Source: Catajapyx aquilonaris (Eukaryota). From it: a DNA stretch of 20,000 nt. Below are positions 9,901-20,000 of the stretch, piece after piece; within the stretch, counting starts at the first letter, position 1; each line of letters begins with the position of its first letter. The stretch is from the NCBI GenBank assembly GCA_000934665.2, contig KZ538054.1, forward strand, positions 119,578-139,577, given 5' to 3'. The notes beneath the pieces were generated by a model that was not told where the DNA came from, made no database searches, and saw nothing but the letters and a program-made list of their open reading frames with translations. The position numbers were made by a program, and so were the translations under genes.

Positions 9901-12900
9901 TCATCTGACTTGCGACAAGGATACAGTGTCGAACAAAATAATAGAGAATGGTGTAACTTATATTTGCGAATATTCAGACATTCACCGACGTATGAGCGTA
10001 TGTGAAAATAAAACTCACGAGCGCTGTGCTAATTCTAAAATTCGCATGCCTCCCAATCCTCATCTAAGATAGTATCTAAGTGATGGTCGTTCAGCTCATC
10101 ATAAATCGTAGCTCCTTCCATTACATTAATCTTCCTTTGTATTAAAAAATGTAAATAAACTGGCGCAAAGTTCGACCTTCTGGAGATTGTCACATAACTT
10201 TGCGATAAGAAACTGACGTAAGTCGAGCTTCTCCACTTTTTGACATATTTGCGATTACGCATAATATATTCTTATCGTGAATCAGGAAAATACGCAACGA
10301 ATTTTAAAAACGAAAAACAAGCAAATAAACACATTTGATCGCACATTTTCTGCATGTTGTAAGCAGTTTACCGTTTTCGATTGTGTCGAAAGCCAGGCCA
10401 TTGCAATTCTACGTAACCTTATTTCCCAATGGCATTGCGAAACTCCTGATTTCTAAACAACTAGGCTGCATAAGTGAAAATGGATTAAAAAATCGGCGGG
10501 TATAGTCGGTATTAAGGCCTCTCCACAAAAGAGAAACTGGACCAGACGGATTTGAAAGGAATGAGGAGTGGTCAACATCTGCATAGTCCTCCCGCACATG
10601 TGGACCGATATGAATGAGTCTGGTTTGGAGAGCAAGTAAGGCGATCATCCTGAGAGCGTATCGCACATCGTCTGGTAAAGTATGCAGGGGGCGTCCTTGG
10701 GAAAAGGTCCAAACTCGATCTGAACTCTGGACCAAGCCAGCCGATGCGGTGCGTACCGGCTGAAACCTACCTTAGTTTATTTAGGAGATGGTATATGTAA
10801 TCATTATAAACGGAATATTTCCAAGCCTCGCTTTTAGATCTCACCTGAACTCTCTCTCTCCATCCGGTTTAACGCTCCCTCCCCCCCTACTCCCACCATA
10901 CCTGGATCAGGTAAGACGAGAACAGGTCCTTCAAGTCGGCTTTACGATGGAACTTGTTTGCTGGGGAAGACCTTAGGACCCCCATCCGCAGTGAAATTCT
11001 CGTCATTCCTCTGTGAAAAAACAGGGTTGGTTGGGTGGCTAGGTTAAATAAGGAGGTGGGGTGTGGGGTGGAGGAGGGTACAGGGTGGTCGTTATCGGCC
11101 CAGGCCCCATGAGAAGGTGACCCAGAAGGCCAAACTTGTATCAGAACTCAAACCGAATCGGACTGGAACCGGATCGTGATGAGGAAGGTGGTTCAGAGAT
11201 GGGGCCTCGGATGTGTTGTTGGGAGGATGGGTTTTTAGTCACGGGCATTAGATGGCTCTGAGGAGGCCCTTTTCTGATAATATTATGACACGTAGTGACC
11301 CTGTTGTATTATAAGGTCATCTTACAGGTGGGGAAATTCCAGCTAATGTGACAGTTCGCAAAACAATAACATCGACGTGTGAAGGTCTTGAATGAATGAC
11401 GATCCGCACATTTCGCTTAAGGTATATGCAGAATAGTAGCCTACAGGAGTACGTCTGATGGTCGAGTCCAAAGTCGAGTCAATTTGCTGCTCTGACACTG
11501 TCAGAAAAATTGGGAATTAAATAATAAAGACTGTAATCCCGATGTGTAAATGTCATCTAGCAGCCCCTATCCACTCTGCGGATATTTTTTCTCTTCATGA
11601 CTGTATTAGTATAGGCCTACTGCAATAAATGAGTCCACTTTCGAGCTTAAAATCAATGGTGCTCATGTATTGAAAATTTTCCGTCTCATCGTTTTGTTTC
11701 ATGGCCCGACGGTCAAGATTTACAGTATATTCGCCAGGACTGTTTGGGAGGCATTGTTGTGGCCCACGCTTTCTTTCTTCCATTCTGTGCGCGCCACTCT
11801 ACTTGCGTCACATACACTGCACATGTGAAGTGATATGGTGTAGGTAGAAGGTATAGTGGCACTCACAAGTCTATACACTGTGTTTCAAATATCCGTGTCC
11901 TTATCACATTTCGCACAAAGTGATAATTTTTGTGTTCTTTTTGCGCTCCGATCGATGAGGCAAATTACATAGCATATACTACGTACAGTATATTGGACCA
12001 CACCTGAGAATAATAACATTGGTCACCTCGATCGGGGCGCAAAAAGCTACGCAAAAATAACCACTGTTGCGAAATTTGCTGTGATATACAAATAAGGTCC
12101 TGGCCGGATACTTCGAACACATGGACTTGTGTATACCGGAGAACGAGTGTCAAAATTAATATTATTCTGCCAGTGGTACTGTAGAGTATACATGCGGTAA
12201 CTATGGGTTTACCTATATACAGTACAACAGCATCACTCCAGGCAGGGTGAGAGGTTTCCTGTCAGACTCAGGTTCATTTAGATATTGCAAGTACCATTCG
12301 GGGTGTTTCTACGGAATTGTTCGGATTGGTTAGAAATAATTTTATGCACTTCAATACTTAAATATGAGAAGTTACTTAGGAACTTCTTTTAGTAATTATC
12401 TATAATTAGATTAGCAGTTAATACGTGTTAGGTCGAATGAGTAAGCCTGTAGGTTTATTGGACTCATGAAGAAGCGCCTATATGCTCCGAAAAATGAGTC
12501 ATTGACGTCAGGTAGCCTACCAGTGATTAACATGTTTCTCGAAATGTCTTACACTCAAAAACTCAAAGCAATCGAGGGTCTGAACAGATGCTTTAATTCA
12601 GCCTAATACCAGCAGCCAATATTTTTGATAACTTCTATAGAAGTAACTGTAAGAAAGTATAACTGCAGTCTTTGATAAGCAGTTTAGAACAAAAAAAAAT
12701 AGCAATCCGCTATGTATTAACATGTCCGTTGGAATACCCTGTAAGTATGCGGCGAAACAAAAATTAGCGCATGCGATTATTTCCTTAATGAAATTAATGA
12801 GTATATTTTCGTTTTGAAATATAGAAAGAGGAAATGTGCACCTTTAGCAACGCCCAGGTTAATGCACCAGCCTCAAAACCGGCGGTATACTGGTAAAGAG

Positions 12901-14563
12901 TGTGCCACCTGTGCTATGTATATATGCATGACCATTAAGGGCGTTGTATGAAAGCACATCAAGGAGAAATTCTCTGATTATGTCGTATTACGCGTTGAAT
13001 ACATTCACGCATTTGAAGATTTTCACGGCTAATTTGGATTTCTACAACCGCCCTAAGATAAGTTATCGTCACTTTCCAATTAGTACAATATACTGTTACA
13101 GTGTTGCCATGCTATCCAGATTTTCAGAAGAGTACACATGAGGCTGGGTACTGGAACAGTTAATTCTGACAATTGAAGAGTACTGATATTACTGTACAAT
13201 GCAATATAAAAATTGTAGAGGCTTCATATTTACTAATGAATATATTAAAACTCCACTCACGGGGCATGTTAATATTGATATGATAAAGATTGCAAGTGTT
13301 TTACACCCCACAAACTATTAACTGTAATAATTGAGTTGTGTTAGTTGTAGCAGACTCCGAGAGTGACTAATTAATATCGGCTGAGAGTGCGTGCTAGTCT
13401 ACATGTTGTTTTCGTAATGATTTGGTATAACTTGTCGCAGAATGCTCATTGGTCAGCATTAGTATTATATTACTTGAAGTATAACTTCAAGGCATCATAA
13501 TTATTTGATGGTAGCCGAAATGTAAGAATACCCTTAAAAGTGAAAAGAAATTGCAATGAATAGGCCTATATGCTTCATTATTGCCTGGTGACTGCAGTAG
13601 CAGTTTTTGCAAGCACCACCTTTTTGTGTCCTGTCGCGAAGAGAATGGACGGAAGACGAGTTGCTAAAATAAAGCGTTCCCCTTTCCTTTCGTGACTCTA
13701 AGAGCTGACTGGGTATTCTGGCTGAAGGTGACTATATTCTCCTGTCAAGGGTAGGCCTATACACTTCATTTTTTCGCGATTCCTTGTCATTATTTTATAT
13801 CAGAAAGTGTTGGATTGTGTGTTTTCAAAACTAATTTTACACCTGATAGCGTTAGTGGTTAATCCTCGGTTTTGTTGTAATGCAGTGCATGGCGCTTGTA
13901 GGATTGTAGATGGTCAGACAGATGATCCTTCCGTAATTCTAGTGTATAGTTTCTGGTGGAGAATCTATCATATTTAATACTCAGTTTAAATACCGTACTC
14001 ATTCTTCCATACATACTGTATTATTTTATTTGTTTTCCATTTCAGTAATGGTAGTTAAATTTTACCTGGCGACGGAGATGGGGTGAAATGGGCAGGATGA
14101 AATCGATATTGACAGGTTATGGTTGTTGGTTTTACATAAAGGCAACTCTGTGTCGGGTTGACCGCTGTGATAATACTGCACTGATAGGTCATACACCGGC
14201 ACCGGAGGTGTTGAGGGAGTATGGAAGAACTCAGGGTGCAATCGGTGCATTTTTACTAACTATTTTTGATTATTTCTCTGGACGATCAGTTACATACAAT
14301 AATAGCAATTTTAGTGGCAATTGCATGCATTGAAAACCCTGTATATATAATAGCAGCAGAAAGGAATAAGACATCTCTCGCAGTTTAATTATTATTAATT
14401 GTAAAATGTACTCGTAGGTATAAGCAAGGGCGACGATGAGTTATATCGGTTATGTCGGTTTTATAAAAACACACTGGGTGGAATTTTCAATTCGAGATGA
14501 TATGGTAACATGATATGCAGCAATTTGCCTGCCCTGCTCATATAATGCACTTATAGTATAGGT

Positions 14564-14566
<3 letters not shown>

Positions 14567-14626
<60 letters not shown>

Positions 14627-14656
14627 AAGAAGAAGAAGAAGAAGAAGAAGAAGAAG
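14567..14656 (+). repeat. Compound microsatellite (AAT)~10(AAG)~20 forming the SINE tail
   Basis: Read directly from the sequence. Confidence 0.95.
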
Positions 14657-14938
14657 AATAACAACATCATGACCGTTATCAGCCGGTGGCTCTTTAGGGG
14701 GGAGTTTTGTTTTGACTGGAACTCTTTCTTTGCATTTTTACTTCGCTTTTGGGGATAGGATAGGGACGGAAGGAAGCGGCTGTGGCCTATTATTTTAGGA
14801 AACAACCCCGGCAATTACCTGGAGGGACCGTGGGAAACCACAGAAAACCACGGTTAGGGTCGCCGGCCCCGGGGATCAAACCCAGGACCTCCCGATTAGC
14901 AGTCGGATACCATATCCCCTCCGCCACCACTGCTTCGG
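14569..14938 (-). mobile_element. Full-length tRNA-derived SINE with a (TTC)n(TTA)n tail
   Basis: 15-bp TSD TAGTATAGGTTATAA at 14554-14568 and 14939-14953. The minus-strand head has an A-box-like TGGCGGAGGGG and a B-box-like GGTTTGATCCCC. The body GGTTTTCTGTGGTTTCCC...CTCCAGGTAATTGCCGGG...GGCCACAGCCGCTTCCTTCC resembles, from memory, a widespread insect SINE core. Confidence 0.9.
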
Positions 14939-15987
14939 TAGTATAGGTTATAACTATCTAGCATTCTAGATAGTCTTCGTGTGTTCGGGACATAAATAAA
15001 TGTCAGTAGCCTATATATTTTAAGTTCCGTTTTTCTTGGTTTGTTATTCGAAGATGATGTGCACTTAAAAATAAAGCAGTCCTTAAAACTCTGTATATAC
15101 TGTAGTATTGGCATGTGCTAGTAAATTATGATGGAAAAGATTTAAACCCAATAATGCTGCAACATATATTACTTTCAACTGGCCGTGCGGTAAGAAGAGT
15201 AGTTTTGTGTCTACTTATCTGGAGATCCTCACGACGAGTGATTTTCATTATGTTTCACGTCATCGTTCAATATATACCGTAGTTAGCTATATTAGGCTAA
15301 GCATAATATTATGGAATCGGTTTGGCATTACTCACTTGCATCATTATTTTGCTCACATGAATATGATACGTCAGATACGACATGCATACCCATACTGTCG
15401 TAACTGTCCTGCACATCACACATTCTGACTGGATTCCAACTCTGGTCCTGCAAGCTATACTCCCGGTGATACAGGGGTGCGGTTGCATACTCGACAGGAT
15501 GAAAACGTTTGATCATGGTGCTCATTGGAGCCAACAGGATTACCCGCTCAGATGCATGAACAATGAATATTGTTCTCGGCATTGCATTGTTACGGTATAT
15601 CATGGATCTGGAGTCTATTACCAGCCCCACGCAACTCCCTATCTAAACCTATGGTGACGGTAGTTGAATATAAAAGTCTCCCCCATAGTCTGAAATTTTG
15701 CGCTGGCGAGGCCCGGAGGCATGTTATGGTTCAGGTGGCTGACTGGCGATCTGTGAATCACTTCTTATCAATCCAGCTTTCGACCCCAGATCATCTCAGT
15801 TCTGTTGTTTCATATACACGTACAGTACGTACTTTCTTTGTCCAGATATGAGAGTGAATGAGAATAAAGCGAGGAGGAAATGGGCTCGTTTAATTCAATG
15901 TTACATTGTTCCCCTGATGACAACTATGATTTAAACACATGTTTTTGCGTTATTATGTACTAGGATTGATAATATGTTTAATATTAA

Positions 15988-16497
15988 CCCTTTCATTCCT
16001 GAATTTTTTGGGCCGTTTCTTCTCTTTTTGAAAAAAATTTGTAGTAGGAGTGATATAATGAAAAACAATATGTTTCAATATTTATCATTTTTACTCGTGG
16101 TGGTCCTTTGAAATGTAAAAATGCCAAAAACATTCACCTACAGGGTGGTCCAGAAAAAAACATGAAATGCTATTAACTTTAAATGCAATTAAATTAATTT
16201 AAAATTTAAAAATCACTATAAAATTGTTACGATGGTTGCAAAATAATACTAAAACACTGTACTATGAGAAATTCCTAAGCATCCAGACTTATGGGACACC
16301 CTGTAATTATGCCTCCGGGTGGTGGGTTGTTTACCGTTCAAGGACGCGAGCAAAATATAACAATCCGACTTTGTGGGTGCTGAGTCACCATCCACTAGAT
16401 GGCACAAGAAGTTTGACCCACAAAGTTTGCCCTCTGCATGCGAACGCTTTGCCGCCAGATTAATTGTTGCCATATGGCAACGGTGGGAACGAAAGGG
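15988..16497. mobile_element. piggyBac-like non-autonomous element (MITE)
   Basis: TTAA at 15984-15987 and 16498-16501. Termini CCCTTTCATTCC and (rc) CCCTTTCGTTCC match at 11/12. A subterminal palindrome GTTGCCATATGGCAAC lies at 16466-16481. Confidence 0.8.
16141..16303. mobile_element. Tc1/mariner-like MITE nested in the piggyBac-like element
   Basis: TA at 16139-16140 and 16304-16305. Termini CAGGGTGGTCCAGAA and (rc) CAGGGTGTCCCATAA match at 12/15, with an AT-rich interior. Confidence 0.7.
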
Positions 16498-17635
16498 TTA
16501 ACCTGCCAAGGTCGTGCATTTCATCTCCTCAAAGCAATAACTAACATTAGTGACCCTCAGCACTTATCGGATTGTATTTCTCCTATCATGACCGTGCCTA
16601 TGTCCAGAATTCTGATGAGCGTGATGAAATTAGTTGGGGTGTAGCGGTAGAGGAAGTGACAGAAATGAGGCCCAAGAGTTGATTGATTGACCGAAGCAAG
16701 TGCAGGGCTTAGTCAAAGACTGGCTAGGACCAGTATTCTTGTAGTGTTATTTGAATAACTGGCAGTATAGCCAAGGGCTAACACATAGTCTACAATATAT
16801 TGGATTTTAGGATAATGTCCGCTAAAGTTTATTTTGGAAATGAGAAATTATGAATTAATAGTTTTCAAAACGAGTTTTTTTTTCTTCCCCCCCCCCTCTC
16901 TCTATAGGAAGTATTGTTTATGAGAATGTCTCTTCAATGTTTCATTGTTTACACTGTACTGTACCTAATACGGAATATTGACATGGACAATAATGGGCGT
17001 TGAATAATAATAATTCATATACAGTATATAATTACAATACTTTTAAATGTAATAATACTGTAAGTTGTTTAAAAAACCCTTTTGGGCACGTAACTTAATG
17101 GGCAATCGAACAAGGTGGAGGTTATGAAAACAACCGTCACTACGTAGAGTTGCTTTATAACACGATGATATAATATTATTTTACAATATTTATTCCGGAC
17201 ATACAATACTTTGGGGGTATTCTCAAGTTAATCTGTATTCATGGTAATGATTCCTATCCAAGAAATACATCAGGATATTATGCTTTACCCGATTAATTTA
17301 GTACTGCTCTGTTTCACAGGTGAAGATGGTGTGAAACTACTAAGGTCCTATTGTGCTGTAGCCTATAGTTCGCACAATGTGTCAGAAGGCCGCTATTCCG
17401 GGCCACAATCTCAAAAATAAAAGTCTTCAGTTGCAGCCTGAAGGAATCCGGCAACATTGCAAGAGACTACATCTAAATCTACATTCTGAGTGACAGGATG
17501 CACTATATAAAATAAAGCAACGCTGCAAAGATGTTAGTTACTTTAAAATAGCCATCATCTGTCATATTCCGAAGACAATATCATGCAGCGAGGCACTGAT
17601 AAGTGTTCAGAAGATACAAAATGTTCGGAATGTAT

Positions 17636-17735
17636 TTGTAGTGTCGGTTTAATAATTAAACCGACACTACAACACTAAATGCTAACACTACTGCATGAGT
17701 ACAATTATTGTACTTTCATGCAGTAGTGTTAGCAT
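17636..17735. repeat. Two adjacent long palindromes
   Basis: 17636-17672 has perfect 18-bp arms with a 1-nt centre. 17679-17735 has 27-bp arms with a 1-nt centre and a 2-nt bulge. Confidence 0.9.
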
Positions 17736-18514
17736 GGGTTTCACTTTAAATTGCCATGTCCATATAGGTTAGGATAGATCGCATTCTGCAGACAATTATT
17801 GGATAAGTGACTATTGCTGACATATGCACAAAAAATGTGCATGCCTCTTTCCAGTCAGTATTAAGCAGTATATAATTATGTCCACTTCATGCATCGAAGA
17901 GTAACAAATATTTCTGACATACTTTGTGCAACCAAGGAACCGTAACATGGGCAGTGCGCACTCTCGCTGGCAATAGCACGCTGCATCTCTTAAGAAATGT
18001 ACAGAGAGATAATACACGGTGTTAAAATTACAGCGAATATCACAATTTCAGCTGTAAAGCATCCCATTTTGCACTGCTTATTGCTAATGTATTTAAGAAC
18101 AAATAATAATACAATGCAGTAGGCTATGCAGTATTCCAGTGATTTAAGCGTGCTTATCGCGAATTTCTGGCAATTTCATGTAGTGTACGACCAACCCGAA
18201 TACTTGGACAAAATAATGTCCTACTGCTGCATGCGCCTTAAAAGTATACGCACAAATTGAATATTTTCTGACATAGGATTTGTATTCAGAAAGTCAACAA
18301 ATCCCAGGGAACCTTTGGCACATTTTGAAGGGGGTGTTTGTTTAAACCAATTTTTCCGTCTTGCACATTCAATTTTAAAATTGCACTTGTTGATATCAAA
18401 TTTCAACTGACCAATTTTTGAAACCCACAGTTTTCAATTTGCTTGTGGGTATACAACAATCATGTTAAGTCGAGTTTTGGCCAGGTTTTGCACTGATTAT
18501 GACCCCTGTGTTAT

Positions 18515-18543
18515 GCGACGTGGGCGACGTGGGCGACGTGGGC
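18515..18543 (+). repeat. 9-bp tandem repeat (GCGACGTGG)x3
   Basis: Three perfect copies plus GC, read directly. Confidence 0.9.
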
Positions 18544-18588
18544 AGGTGTGATAAAGCTATTCTTGAATCTATTTCAAAACTTATATTA

Positions 18589-18943
18589 TTTTTTATTTAT
18601 TTATTTATTTTTACCCCGTGCTAGGCATCAAAGGCCTCTGGGGGGTGGCACACCACCATCAGTTTTCTCTGTGTATTACACTTTTCTTCATTCACCGGTG
18701 CAAGGAGTCAAGGATGTCGGGTAAGGGTAGGGATTTTTTGGGGAGGGAACATATGTGCAAGTGCAATGTCTACAAATGGGTCATGTGCTGTCCCCCAGGA
18801 GGTTAGGTTGCCAGACACCTCCTTGGTGCAGGTCAGAGACCCTCCTGACGCAGGTGAAAGGAAAGTTCCCCAGGCGGGGATCGAACCTGGGGCCTTTCAC
18901 TCAGCAAGCCGTGACGTTACCATCACGGCCACCACACCTCCCC
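18589..18943 (-). mobile_element. Full-length tRNA(Ala-like)-derived SINE with a (TAAA)n tail
   Basis: 14-bp TSD CAAAACTTATATTA at 18575-18588 and 18944-18957. The minus-strand head has A-box TGGCCGTGATGG and B-box GGTTCGATCCC; AGGCCCCAGGTTCGATCCCCG resembles the 3' half of tRNA-Ala. The tail is A-rich. Confidence 0.9.
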
Positions 18944-19278
18944 CAAAACTTATATTACCTGCGAGGTGTCATTAAATTTCCCGGAAAATTGCGTGTGTAT
19001 GACGTCTCTGTAATACTCTTCACTTGCATTGTGGTTGTGTGAGTTTGTAAAGTTTGGTTTAGATTGTGCATAATGTTGATTACGTGATTACTTGTGTCAT
19101 ATTTTAAGCCGATTTTTCCCCATTTACTTGCGTCTCCTACAGCATATCTGGTTTACCCTTTTATACAGGGAAATCTTGTGTTGTGTCTTTGTTTACGATG
19201 GCATCTTATTCATGTGAATTCCTGCCTGTTATGTGACCCGTAAGCAATATTGTTATACTTGATATAATATCTCATATA

Positions 19279-19632
19279 AGGCTCATTATATTCATACGAG
19301 CGACCCTTGGCCAGGAACTCCTGGCCAATACGGAAACGTGGCTAGCGCCTGGCCAGGAATCGAAAGTAACAGTTCACACGAGCGACGTTGTTGGGGGACA
19401 AGTGAGCATCGCAGGGCGCTGGGGAGGGCCGCTACTGCGCATGCGTTACTCCCAGCAACCACATCTGGCCATGGCTAGCCATCTTCTGGAGCATGGCCAG
19501 CTCGGCCAGCTTTTCCTGGCTCGGGTGGCGACCTTCCCTTCCTGGCCGAACCTGGCCACTAGCATGTGAACGGTCTTGGCGACTTTTCGCCAGGAAACTT
19601 CCTGGCAAAAGGTCGCTCGTGTGAATGCGCCT
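19279..19632. mobile_element. PIF/Harbinger-like MITE
   Basis: Left end AGGCTC[ATTAT]ATTCATACGAGCGACCCTTGGCCAGGAA versus right end (rc) AGGCGCATTCACACGAGCGACCTTTTGCCAGGAA: 4 mismatches plus a 5-nt indel. The 3-bp direct flanks are ATA (19276-19278, 19633-19635), and the interior has repeated TGGCCA. The superfamily call is inferred from the 3-bp TSD and the TIR style. Confidence 0.7.
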
Positions 19633-19776
19633 ATAGTGAACAGAATATTTTCCGGATTTATATGAGTTATCATTGTGACTGTTTTCATCCAGGTTTATCC
19701 AACACATTTTAGCCGCGTGAGCTAAACCTCATCGCCTGTTGTCTTTTTAATGTCTTAATTTAATGTTTCTTTTCAG

Positions 19777-19884
19777 GTACAGTAAGTTTCCCAACCGGGA
19801 AGGTTTTTGAGTCAGCATGAGAGAGGACATATGGAGGTCCCCCCCAGCAGAATTTTTCGGGTGCTAAGACTGTACACGGGGTCT

Positions 19885-19920
<36 letters not shown>

Positions 19921-19992
19921 CCTTAGCCAGGAATTCCCCTGTGAGGGCCTCACAGGCCAGAGTCCCAAGAAAGGAAATTAAAAATGGAAGAG
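19777..19992 (+). other. Putative exon of a plus-strand gene continuing beyond the window (5' UTR plus start, or signal-peptide exon)
   Basis: Strong acceptor TTTCTTTTCAG (AG 19775-19776) and donor GAG|GTAGGT (GT at 19993-19994). It contains (CTG)10 and AAAATGG with ATG at 19984. Confidence 0.5.
19887..19916 (+). repeat. (CTG)10 microsatellite
   Basis: Read directly from the sequence. Confidence 0.95.
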
Positions 19993-20000
19993 GTAGGTAG

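Noticed and set aside
14563..14814. ORF with poly-Phe/poly-Leu resembling a membrane protein
   Set aside because: Translation of the SINE microsatellite tail.
15328..15851. Cluster of 90-100 aa ORFs, considered as a decayed Tc1-like transposase
   Set aside because: Only faint resemblance; no DDE motifs or TIRs identified. A TBLASTX/BLASTX search would be needed.
16611..16630. Hammerhead ribozyme core (CTGATGA...GAAA)
   Set aside because: No stem II pairing and no convincing stems I/III.
13590..17345. Candidate plus-strand UTR exons (donor near 13750, acceptors at 14045 and 17319)
   Set aside because: Plausible splice motifs, but not supportable without transcript data.
18515..18543. CRISPR-like repeat
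   Set aside because: 9-bp units with no spacers in eukaryotic DNA; a simple tandem repeat.
18865..18943. tRNA gene
   Set aside because: No proper acceptor stem; it is the head of a TSD-flanked SINE.

Overview
Eukaryotic, intron-containing, repeat-rich genomic DNA; the SINE and MITE types suggest an arthropod, probably an insect (inference). One complete gene can be reconstructed on the minus strand: three exons with canonical, phase-compatible GT-AG introns (4858-4314, 3123-2891, 2837-2542; 357 aa, or 553 aa if started at ATG 5446). It encodes a Myb/SANT-like DNA-binding protein (MSANTD3/MSANTD4/NAIF1 type, related to the PIF/Harbinger accessory protein) with poly-Gly/poly-Ala tracts and a C-terminal heptad coiled coil. 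A possible alternative first exon (6057-5828) and a readthrough-open 53-nt intron could give isoforms lacking either the DNA-binding domain or the coiled coil. The remaining ~14 kb is non-coding and holds two full-length tRNA-derived SINEs with TSDs, a piggyBac-like MITE with a nested Tc1/mariner-like MITE, a Harbinger-like MITE, a 34-bp palindromic insertion with an 8-bp TSD, twin hairpins and microsatellites. A probable plus-strand exon with a (CTG)10 tract lies at the right edge. I found no transposase, rRNA, true tRNA or CRISPR array, and I cannot support a claim of a wholly new multi-gene system from this sequence alone.
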